Under the pieces are notes generated by a model, which searched no databases, was not told where the DNA came from, and was given only the letters and a program-made list of their open reading frames with translations. Positions 11,901 to 22,106 of a DNA stretch of 64,000 nucleotides are shown here, in pieces; within the stretch, counting starts at the first letter, position 1, and the number at the start of each line of letters is the position of its first letter. The DNA comes from an uncultured Verrucomicrobiae bacterium (lineage in GTDB: Bacteria; Verrucomicrobiota; Verrucomicrobiia; Chthoniobacterales; UBA10450). The DNA is taken from assembly GCA_963726745.1 (NCBI GenBank), contig CAVSDR010000006.1:704001-768000 (forward strand), given 5' to 3'. The position numbers were made by a program, and so were the translations under genes.

Positions 11901-14900
11901 GGCCGTTATCCGTGCTGTAGCTCGCGATCACTGCCTGCCATTTCATCGCGCTGCCGGTATCGACCTGATCGGGCAGGTTAAATTCTCCGGTGCCCGGATT
12001 TCCGAAATTCACGACCACGTAGATGTCGAGCCGGCCTTGTTCCGCATAAGCCTGCAGGTCCTGCAGGTCGACGCGGAAGTAGAAGTTGCCGTCTCCGTTC
12101 TGGCCAGTGGAGGGATTGATCGCCGCAGGATCGCCGCCGTCGTGCGCATAAAAGGCTACGAGATCGCGCGACGAATCGAAGCCATCGTAACCATGGTAGA
12201 TATCTGCCTGCTGGTTATTCGAGCCATCGCCATCGTAAGGATCGAGCGCGATCAGATCATCCGCGGTCCAGTCGGTGAACTCATGGCGATTCGTCACCGC
12301 GCCCACGGTGGTGGTGATACCCGGGCCGATGGTGATCGCACCGGGCGGCGGAGGGGCCGGCGTGCCGCTGACGCGCGGGTCGGTGCCATTGAGAAACTCC
12401 TGGCCATTGTCGATCCCATCGCCATCGGGGTCGCCGCTCGGGCCGTTGTCCGTGTTGGTGATGACCTTGCCCGTGCGCAGGTTGTAATGGCCAATGACGC
12501 CGTCGTCGAAAGGATCGAGGCCATGCAAGACTTTCCAGCCATCCGGCAAAGTGTCGCCCGAGGTGCTGTAACGTCGCGGATCGGTCTCCAGCCAGATGAC
12601 GTCCAAACCATCGGCCCGGAGATTGCCGGCAGGACGGAAGACCGTATTGAGCTTGGCTTTCGAAAGCGCCGTGGAGAGGTAAGCCTTACCGTCGGTCGGC
12701 TCGGTGTAACTGAGACAAAAGTCGGTGTAGTAAAACGTCTGCTGCGCGCCCCCAGCGGAGGGCTGCACAGTTACCGGCGCGAGCGGATTATTCAGGACCG
12801 CGAGGACGACGAAGTTTCCCTGCGCATCAGTCTGGTTTCGATCGACGATTGCAAGATCGACGATGCCATTGTGGTTCGCATCTTCCTGCCCATCGCTCAG
12901 GCCGTCGCCATCGCTCTCGCCATTGTTCGGATCAGTCTCCAGCCAGACCGCACTGGGAGAAACAGCCAGCACGCGGCTGCGATCCACAGTCGAGCGGTTA
13001 TAGATCGTCGGCGGATGCCGAATGACCGCGGAGCCATCCACGCCGGAGGGCAGGATGTCGACCCGTCCATTGTGCACCTTGCGATAGGTCGCATGGCCAT
13101 TGGCATCGAGGATGGGATTGCCACCGGCATCCAGACGGGCGGCGAAGGTGAGGTCTTCGATGCCGTCGTCGACCCCATCGCCTTCCGTGTCGGCCTTGTT
13201 CGGGTCCGTCATGGAACCGGCCAGCAAATCGGTGCGGGAACGGTTTAAGTTATAAGGCCAGGGATTGAAGTATTCATAGAAGGCCGGCGCGTTGGCGTTA
13301 TCCGTTGTGTTGAAGATCGGCGGGTCGAGGTCGGGCTGGAAGTTCGGCACGCCGTCGCCGTTGGTGTCGGTCGCGACGTTGGTATCATCGACCGCGCCGC
13401 CCCAGCCCAGCTCGAGCCCATCGGAGAGATTATCGCCGTCGGTATCGGGACTTAGCGGATTCGTCCGCCCAGAGATGGCCCAGAGGTGCACCTGCGCGTT
13501 GGTCCACGTCTCTGAGTTCGTGGTTGGCAATGGGATCGCGGTGGTCTCGATCGCCGTGCCGTTATTCCAGCCAAGCCCGTCATCATCGACGTCGTGCTTG
13601 TTCGGGTCGGCCGCGACGAGTTGGCGGAATAGAATGTGGGCGTTGCGCGTGGCACTGCCGCTCCCTGCCGGAGTAGTCGCGGTGGCGACGAAGCGATAGT
13701 CACCCGGGCTGCTGATGTTGCTCCAGGTAAAGTCCCAGAAGAGTGAAGAACCGACGATATGCGGGTTAGGCGATTCCGCGGTGCCAGGATTTAGGGTAAC
13801 CGTGCCGCTACCGAGGTTGAAGCTAATCTGCACGCTGGTCGCGTTCTGGTCGGTCTCGACCCGGATGGGAAGAGCACGATCGGCCGGAGTCGGGTTAGTT
13901 ACATCTGGCAGGATAATTTCGTAAGGCTTGCCGTCGGAATCGACCTCCAGCGGCGTCACGATATTGACCTTGATCGTAGTGGCCGGTTGCGCCTTCACCA
14001 AACGGCGGGTTTGCAGCGTCGGCAGGCCGGTCGCGGAATAAGTCACATCGATCGTGTGCAGGAAGTCGGGCGTGCCGTTGTAGAGATTCGGCAACTGGAA
14101 GGCGAGTTCGTGATACTCGCTGTTGATGTCGTAGTTAATCTGGTAAGCGCTGCGGCTTTGCGCGACGCCATTCGCAGGCGAACCGCTCTCGCTACTGGCG
14201 AGCTTGATCAGGAAACGGTTGATCAAGCTTTGCCGGTCGAGGCCGTCGGCTAGCGACTTGCTGAACCAGACCTTCATGACGTAATTCGAGCCCACCGTCT
14301 GGCCGTCACTGTTAGGGAAGGCCACGAAGAGACGCGTGACCGGGCCGTTCGTGTTCACATTGCGCACCAGGGTGGTGTAATGCTTTGCGGCGTCGTCGGC
14401 AGGGCTGGCGGCGGCGGCAAATTGCGTGGCCGCGGCGGAACTGGCCTCTCGCAGCCGCACCAGAATTTGCGCGTTCCCAGCCGAAGGAATGTTTACGTAG
14501 TTAAAGCGCCACTCGTTCGGGTAGGTGCTTTGGATGGAAAGCGTGGGCGTGAATTGCGCAGCCTTGACCCAGGCATTGTTTCCATTGGCCACACCCGTCG
14601 CGCCGTCGTCGTTATTCGCGTCCGCGTCGACGATCTTATACCAGACCTCCGTGACCGTCGGATCCGTGCGCACAACGACTCCATATTGCTGGCCGCCCAC
14701 GCCATCGCCATCGTTCGACGGGAACTTAATTTCTCCCTTCGGCAGTTGCGCGTCGTAGTAAAACGTCTGGGTGAAAGTGTTATAGATCGAAGCGCGGCCG
14801 AAACGATTTAGGAAGGCGCGCGCGCGGAGGACATGGAAGCCTTCGGTCAAACCGGTCTGGGTTTGGCCGAAGTCGTTATGCGGATAAAAGACCGCGTTGT

Positions 14901-17563
14901 TCCCGTTGAAATGCGGCACTTGAAAAGTAGTCAGCATTTTGGTTTTGCGCGCGACCTCGGCGGCGCCGGTGGGAAACACGCTCGGCTGGCCGGTCTTGAA
15001 GATGCCGATCTTATACCGCAACGTCCCTGCGGGTTTCGCGATGCTGGCGGCGCCCCACCAGTTGCCGTTGTCGGCCGTATTCGGCGCCTGGTAATTCATC
15101 TCCGCGGCCTTCGTCGTGCCCAGGCCAACGCCGCCGGCGCCTTCGGGATTCGAACCGTCGCTGGTGTAGTAGAAGAACATCCGAAAACCGCCGCCGACGG
15201 AATCCGTCTTCGCGTAAACCGTAACCGTCGCGCCGTTGTCGGTGAAACTGTTTCGCGGGATGGGTGCCACTCCAGGTTCCAAAGTCTCCGTTCGGGTCGT
15301 GGTAGACGAAGACGGCGGCGGCGGCATCCTGCGGGTTGGTGCCGTTGCCATTGATCGTGGGCGCACCGGCGGTGTAGGTCTCGGCCCCGCCGAACCAAAG
15401 GTGCAGCGCGCGGTATTGATTGCGGCAAACTTCTCCGGGCCCTGGCGATCGATGTAGGCGGCCTGCTCGTAGCCGGTGAAAACATCCGTCGTCAGGCCGG
15501 GCGGCTGGTCGCGTTTGCCGACGGGATCGCTTGTCGGCCCGGTGCCGTTCAAATCGACGCCGCCATCGAGCGCGAGAAGAACATTCTCAGCCGAGCCGTC
15601 CACGCGCGCGACGAAAGAAAGGTCGCTGGCGTCCGTGATCCGCGGGACGGTGTAAGGATAGGAGTAGCTCCCGGGAACGGCGCCCGCGATCCCATAAGGA
15701 TTGAAGTTGGGATCGCCGTCCGGCCCGTCGGTGCGCAGGTAGGTCAACGTGCTCGTGGGTTGGCCGTTTTGCAGGATGGTGAGCGGTGCACCACCGCCGC
15801 CGGCCCAGAGCGTGGAAGGATCGGGATTCTTCCAGGAGAAGGCAAAGTAACCACCGGGCGGGACCAGGGTGGAGCCGTTGACGATGTTGCTGGCGTATTG
15901 GTAGAAGCCGCCGCCAAAGGCCGAGTAATTGTAGAGGTAAGCGTCGCTCCCGCCGGCGGTGTGGGGAAAGCTGGTGTTGAAAGTGCGGCCGAGGCCGTTG
16001 GCGAAGTTGTCGTTTAAAAGGAAAAGCAGGGTCACGCCATCGGCGTCGCTCATGCTGGGGTTCTCGCGCTTGTCGATCCGCTCGTAGGCGACGACATCAT
16101 TGTCGCTCCAGCGCCCGACCTGGGTGCCGCGAGCAAACTGGTTGTGGATGTAGAGCAGATTGGGAATTTTGTTGTCGCCGAATTGCCCCAGGAAATTGGT
16201 GTTCGCATGGCGCGGAAAAGCGCCGCCGCTTTCGCCTAGAGTTTGCGCCTGGTGATTGCCGTCGGTGTAGATCAAGCCAATGCCGGCGCGGGTAAAATAG
16301 AGCGCATGCTGAAGCTCGCGGCGGGAAGCGTAATCGTTGTCGTGACTCTGCGCGTGCGTGACCGCGAGACTGCTGGCAAAGCCATAGCTACCGTCGCTAT
16401 CCAAGCCGCCAAGGGTCGCGCTCGGGTTACCGAGAATATTGTTAAGGTTATTGCGCAGGACGTTATCCACCAGCCGCATGCCGACATTGAAGTAATCGCC
16501 ATAAGGTGGCGGCTCGCCGAGGTGCTCGCCGAACATCATCGCATTATGGCGCGGCTTCTCGGTGTCGAAGACCGACTCGCGCAGGTTCACGTTGGCGCCT
16601 TGGGGAGTGGAATTGAAACGCGAGTCGTTGAAGCCGCGAGTGAGATTATATTGCCGCTGCGCCTGCCCGAGGTAGCCGTAGTCGTTGTAGTCCTTGTCTG
16701 CGCCGTAGCTCGCGCCGAAGAAGTCGTAACGCACGTGCTTGACTGCATCGAGGCGCAGCCCATCGGCCTTGGTGCGATCCAGTAGCCAGCGGGCCGAGCG
16801 GTTGAGCATCTCCTCCACACGTTCGGAGTAGAAGGCGGAATTAGCCGACAAGATGGCGGCGGTAATCCCGTTGTTCGGGCCGAAGCCGACGTAGCTGCCA
16901 TCCGGCTTGATAGCAGTAGTATTCGGGATTGTTCGGATGGCGGACGAATTTGATCTTCTGGAAGGTGCTGCCTTCGGTATAGCCGAAGTTTTCATTCGTC
17001 GCGCCGGGCTCCTGCGCGATGTCGATCAAGTCGGCCAGGCCCAGATGCTGCACCTGCCAGGCGCTGTTCCAATCGCGGGTGTTATCCCATTTGCGATAGA
17101 AACCCTCCTGCGTCAGGCGCAGGTGGAAATCCTCCGGGACGAAGCCGGGATAGACATCGATCGGGGTGGAGGCGTTGTAGCCCGGCACGTCGAACGCATT
17201 ATGGTTCATGATGTTGTCGAGGTAGACGCGAATGCCGAAGCGGTGCGCGATCTCGATCATGCGCAGGAGCTCGGCCTCGGTGCCATAGCGGGTGCGGACG
17301 GAGCCGCGTTGATCCTTGCTTCCGAGGTCAAAGCGATCCCACAAATCGTAACCCACGGAGAGGCCGCCGGAACCTTTCGTCGGCGGCGGCACCCAGATGG
17401 AATCGTAACCGGCTTCCGCGAGCTCCGGCATCTTCTGCGCGATCTCGTTCCAGTCGGTGTTGAAATACTGGATCATGGCCTCGCCGTGGAGCGTGACCTG
17501 TCCGCAGAGCGCAAGAATCGCGCAGGCGAGGAGGACACGAAATCCGACGGGGCGAGACATCAT
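8980..17563 (-). CDS. giant secreted alpha-glucanase: N-terminal GH13 alpha-amylase plus GH57-like domain (frameshifted near 16910 and 15300-15390)
   Basis: ORFs 16841..17722 and 8980..16995 join; SVGYD, TRYGT, DNIMNH, DGLRLDAVKH, FGEH, QSHD; later IIHGNQ, WTPERV, DVDLDGEDEY; many DxDGDG repeats. Confidence 0.75.
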
Positions 17564-17688
17564 GAAGGGAACGTGAGACGGGTGAGAGAGACCGACGACG
17601 GATAACCCCTTCTGACGTGGCACTATCCTACCGCGATTACGAAAATAATTCGCGTGATTTCTGCCAAGGGGTTTTGTACAGTTCAAGG

Positions 17689-18772
17689 GTGGAAAAGGGG
17701 CCGACGATCCGCGACGTCGCACGCGCCGCGGGCGTCGGGGCGTCGACCGTTTCCCTCGCGCTGCGGAACGATCCGCGCCTGCGCCCTGCGATGCGCGAGC
17801 ACGTGCAAAAGATCGCCGCCGAGCTGGGGTACCGTCCGAACGCGACCTTGGCCAGCTTGATGACGCAACTGCGGGCGAGCCGGACCACAGGCTACCAGGC
17901 CACGCTGGCTTTTCTAAACGCGTCCGAGAACGAACGCATCCTGCGCGAGATCCCGACCTTTCGCGAGTGGACGCGCGGGGCGCTCCGGCGCGCGGCCGAA
18001 CTCGGCTACGCCGTGGATTTTTTTTGGCTCCAGAAACCGGGGCTTACGCCGACGCGCCTCCGGGAAATCCTGCAAGCGCGCGGGATCCACGGCGTGATCT
18101 TGGCCGCCCTCCAGAGCAACGGATCTTTACCGGCGGGCTACGATGATTTTTGGCCGCACTTTTCCAGCGTGGTCTTGGGAATGCGGCCGACGTCTCCTTC
18201 GTTGCACTTCGCGGCGAATGACCAATTTTCGACCGGCCGCCTGGCCGCGGAGAACGCCTTAAAGCTTGGCTACACGCGCCCGGGCCTGGTCCTTTCCTCG
18301 AGGATCGACCAATGGCTGGAGCGGCGTTTCAGCGCCGGTTTCCGGGCAGGACTTCCGGAGGGCGACGGAAACGTATTTGCCGCCGTTTTCTTTTTCACTC
18401 AAAGCCAGCCAAGCCTTCCACCAGTGGGTCGCAACCTACGAACCGGAGGTCATCGTGACGCTGCATGCGGAAGTGAAAGCCTGGCTCGAAGCGATGGGGC
18501 GGCAGATTCCACGGGACATCGGGCTGATCCACCTCGACCGCGGCGAGGACTTGGTCGACTGGGCCGGCTTGAACCAGAACAGCGAATGCGTGGGCGCGGC
18601 TGCTACCGATGTGGTCGTGGGTCAATTGCACCGGGGCGACGTGGGTGTCCCGGAGTTTTCCAAGGCCATCCTCGTCCAGAGCACCTGGGTGCCGGGCGCG
18701 ACAGTGCGCTTCCAGGAAAGCAAAAAGCCCCGCTTGCGGCGGGGCTTTTCGAAAACTGAACTCGCTGGCTAA
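17689..18772 (+). CDS. LacI-family transcriptional regulator (frameshift near 18400)
   Basis: PTIRDVARAAGVGASTVSLALR...LGYRPN helix-turn-helix; C-terminus continues in ORF 18266..18772; divergent from the amylase genes. Confidence 0.85.
18723..18749. terminator. possible bidirectional intrinsic terminator
   Basis: AAAAGCCCCGC-ttgcg-GCGGGGCTTTT hairpin at the junction of convergent genes (overlaps the LacI 3' end). Confidence 0.55.
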
Positions 18773-18773
18773 A

Positions 18774-19412
18774 TTAGCCGACGCGACGGCGACGGATGAA
18801 GAACCAAGCCCCGAGCACTCCCGGGCCGGCGAGAAGCGCGAGGCTGGAGGGCTCCGGCACCACGGTGAAAGTCGCGGTGTAATTCGCACCGCCGTTGTTG
18901 TTGAAGATCGTCGGCGAGGCATTCACCCCATTGGTCGAGATCAGCGAGAATAATTCCAGCGTATAGGTCCCGGGGGTGAAGCCCGCGAGACTAATGTTGA
19001 TCGCGCCGTTACTGGCGTTGGCTCCCTCAACATTGGTGCCCCACTGCTGGTCACCAGGGCTATTGAGATTCCCGGGCGCACCCGCGTCGCCGCTGTTCCA
19101 TTGGAAGGAGTAATTGACCACGTTAAAGGTCCCGCTCGGCGTTCCCTGCCAGATCCGCCAATCGAGCTGATGACCGGTCACGTCCGTGCCGGTGTTCTTG
19201 TAGGACTTCTGCTGGCCGCCGAGGGATAGCGAACTCGCGGTGCCGAAGCTGCCAAGGAAGGATCCTTGATAGTCGGGATTCACCGTGGCGGCACCCAAAT
19301 CATAAAAAGTGCCGTTGACGATCGCGAACGGGTCGTAGATGCCGGCGTCGCCGAAGGCCACGCTGCCTGTGACCACAACTGCAAAGAGGGGAAGAAGAAG
19401 TTTTTTGAACAT
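18774..19412 (-). CDS. PEP-CTERM sorting domain protein
   Basis: Signal peptide; C-terminal VPEPSS + TM helix + RRRR. Confidence 0.85.
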   Translation of the reverse strand: MFKKLLLPLFAVVVTGSVAFGDAGIYDPFAIVNGTFYDLGAATVNPDYQGSFLGSFGTASSLSLGGQQKSYKNTGTDVTGHQLDWRIWQGTPSGTFNVVNYSFQWNSGDAGAPGNLNSPGDQQWGTNVEGANASNGAINISLAGFTPGTYTLELFSLISTNGVNASPTIFNNNGGANYTATFTVVPEPSSLALLAGPGVLGAWFFIRRRRVG

Positions 19413-19554
19413 AGATTTAATGAAGCTCGACTTGATAGGGAGCATGGGTGATTCGCATCGCGCGGTCAAGCGTGCCGTCTCGATCAAGCCATCCTTTCGT
19501 TGCACGGTTCAATCAGCCCCGCGCGTTGCTCGAGAAGATCGTGGCCCAGCGAGA

Positions 19555-20301
19555 TTAACCCTTCCGTCGGCGAGCCAACACGCCCAAGAGGAGGGGTGCG
19601 CTCAGGAGCACAATCGTCGAGGGCTCCGGGACGGTCACAAAGTTAGTGGCCATCGCTGCGTTGCGAGCAAAGTTGCCATTGCCGTCGCCAGCGGTGCCAC
19701 TGAGGCCGTTGCCGATCGACTCGTTCGAACGATAAGCATCATTCGCATTGAGGTAACTGGTAGTGATCTTGAAAGTGTTTCCTGCCGTCAAACCGATATC
19801 ACCGAGAGAAAACGAAAAAGTGTAGGTCGGCGCCGTCGTGTTGTTGTTCGGCGTCAACATCAAATCGGCGACAAAAGGCAGATTCGTTGGATCAGACAGG
19901 CTCCAAAGACCGCCAAACTGCGCAGGACCAACTGCCAGGGCAATCGCGAAGTCCGCTTGGAAACCTGCAGCAAAGCTCAGGGTCGAACGGTCCGTTCCAT
20001 TGAAGCCCGAAATCATCTTGCGGTTATAATCAGCGTTCATTCCGGTATCAGTCAGCGAGCTGGTATCGGTCAATCCGCCGGCGATCGAATCAATGTAGAT
20101 GACGAAACCGTCGTTGAATCCACCGCCCGTCCCACGGGTAAAAGTGCCGGTCACCGATGTGCCAGAGACATTGAAAGATAACGAGCCGCCGCCGACTGGT
20201 CCACCGAAGCCCGTCGCGCCGTTCCCGTTGAACGTCTGTCCGAGTGCGGCTCCGACGAGCGCTACTGAGATTCCAAGGAAAGTGACGAATGTTTTCTTCA
20301 T
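19555..20301 (-). CDS. PEP-CTERM sorting domain protein
   Basis: Signal peptide MKKTFV...; C-terminal VPEPST + TM helix + RRRK. Confidence 0.85.
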   Translation of the reverse strand: MKKTFVTFLGISVALVGAALGQTFNGNGATGFGGPVGGGSLSFNVSGTSVTGTFTRGTGGGFNDGFVIYIDSIAGGLTDTSSLTDTGMNADYNRKMISGFNGTDRSTLSFAAGFQADFAIALAVGPAQFGGLWSLSDPTNLPFVADLMLTPNNNTTAPTYTFSFSLGDIGLTAGNTFKITTSYLNANDAYRSNESIGNGLSGTAGDGNGNFARNAAMATNFVTVPEPSTIVLLSAPLLLGVLARRRKG

Positions 20302-20440
20302 ATGCTGATACCCGATTGCCGCTGCTGTAATGCCGAGTTTGCGAAAGACCGTCAACGAAATTTCCGATGTTCTTTCCACCAGCACTCAAGAGGTGGCCGA
20401 TAGCGCTTCCCCCGACGCACGGCCGCTGTAAACTAACCCC

Positions 20441-21460
20441 ATGGAATCCTTCACCCTCGTGGGCGGTGCGATCATTGCGATCCTCGTCTTCGTTTTCGTC
20501 ATCATCCTTTTCAACTTCTTTGGCCTCTGGCTGCGCGCCAAGATCGCCAACGCTCCGGTCAGCCTCGGCAAAATGATCGGCATGCGCCTCCGAAAAGTGC
20601 CCGTCGGCTTGATCGTCGATAACCGCATTACCGCGGTCAAAGCCGGGATCGATGTCCCGAGCGATCCGCTCGAGGCGCACTACCTCGCGGGCGGCGATGT
20701 CGGGCATGTGATCCTGGCCCTGATTGCGGCCGACAAGGCGGGCATCTCGCTCGATTTCAACCGCGCCTGCGCGATCGACCTCGCGACCAAGGGCACCGGC
20801 AAAACCGTCCTCGAGGCGGTGCGCACGAGCATCAATCCTAAGGTGATCGATTGCCCGAACCCGGCGATGGGTCGTCCGACAATCGATGGCGTGGCGCAGG
20901 ATGGCATCGGCGTGAAGGTGAAAGCGCGCGTCACCGTGCGCTCGCACCTGGACCGCTTCGTCGGCGGTGCGACCGAGGAGACGATCATTGCGCGCGTCGG
21001 CGAGGGCATCGTCAGTTCGATCGGCTCGGCTCCGTCCTATAAGGAGGTGCTGGAAAATCCCGACCGCATCTCGAAGACCGTCCTCGCCAAGGGCCTCGAT
21101 AGCGGGACCGCCTTTGAAATTCTCTCGATCGACATTGCCGACGTCGACGTGGGCGAAAACATCGGCGCGAAACTCCAGGCCGAGCAGGCCGATGCCGACA
21201 AGCGTGTCGCCCAGGCGAAAGCCGAAGTGCGCCGCGCCGCCGCGGTCGCGGTCGAGCAGGAAATGCGCGCCAAGACCCAGGAGCAGCGCGCCAAGGTGGT
21301 GGAAGCCGAGGCGCAGGTGCCGCTGGCGATGGCCGACGCCTTCCGCTCGGGGAACTTCGGGATCATGGACTACGTGCGGATGAAAAATGTCCAGGCCGAT
21401 ACGAACATGCGGGAAAACATCGCCACCGGCGAAAAAACGCGCACCGAATCGCAGAATTAG
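20441..21460 (+). CDS. floA: flotillin-like protein FloA (YqfA/UPF0365)
   Basis: [46 protein letters not shown]. Confidence 0.9.
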   Translation: MESFTLVGGAIIAILVFVFVIILFNFFGLWLRAKIANAPVSLGKMIGMRLRKVPVGLIVDNRITAVKAGIDVPSDPLEAHYLAGGDVGHVILALIAADKAGISLDFNRACAIDLATKGTGKTVLEAVRTSINPKVIDCPNPAMGRPTIDGVAQDGIGVKVKARVTVRSHLDRFVGGATEETIIARVGEGIVSSIGSAPSYKEVLENPDRISKTVLAKGLDSGTAFEILSIDIADVDVGENIGAKLQAEQADADKRVAQAKAEVRRAAAVAVEQEMRAKTQEQRAKVVEAEAQVPLAMADAFRSGNFGIMDYVRMKNVQADTNMRENIATGEKTRTESQN

Positions 21461-21492
21461 CCGGCAACTTCTCCCGCGCCTAACGAGTCCTC

Positions 21493-22102
21493 ATGGAGCA
21501 AATCTTCTTCATCGCCCTGGTCGCGATCGTCGGCCTGGTGCGCTGGCTGGCGCAGAACGCCGAGAACAAAAGGAACGAGGCCCAGGCCACGAAGGAAAAG
21601 CCCGCCTCGGCCGCGCCCCTCGCCCGGCCCGCGGGCCAAACCGAGGAAGAGCGCGTGCGCAAATTCTTCGAGGCGCTCGGCGTTCCGCCTACCTCCGCGC
21701 CCCCGGCGCAGCCGTCGCGCCGCCGCGAGATCAAGCCGCAGGTGCAGCCGGCTGCCGAAACGCCGCTTCCAGCCGATCGATCCCTTTCCGGTCCCGCGCA
21801 CCGCTGCCGTCCCGCGCCCGGTCGTCGTCGTTCCCACCCCGTTCCCGGCGCCGATCGCCGCGGATTTGCCGAAAGCCGCCCGCGCTCCCTTGGCCCCTGC
21901 CATCTTTGAGGTGCGCGAGAGCGACGAGGTCGAAGCCGAAACTCACCGTTCCACCCCCACGGTTGCGCGGCCAGTCCGCGCGGCCCAGAGCTGGACCGAT
22001 CGCCTGGCGACCCCTGCCGGCCTGCGCGATGCCATCGTCCTGCGCGAGATCTTCGGCCCGCCGCGCAGCCTCCAGTCGCTCGACGGCCACTCGTTAGGCT
22101 AA
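21493..22102 (+). CDS. hypothetical Pro-rich membrane-anchored protein (frameshifted)
   Basis: N-terminal TM in 21493..21909; conserved-looking end LRDAIVLREIFGPPRSL in 21866..22102. Confidence 0.6.
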
Positions 22103-22106
22103 ATCG

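Noticed and set aside
11341..13248. 635-aa plus-strand ORF and similar long antisense ORFs (e.g. 55546..56769, 60290..61354)
   Set aside because: Shadow frames of GC-rich genes on the opposite strand, with no recognisable motifs.
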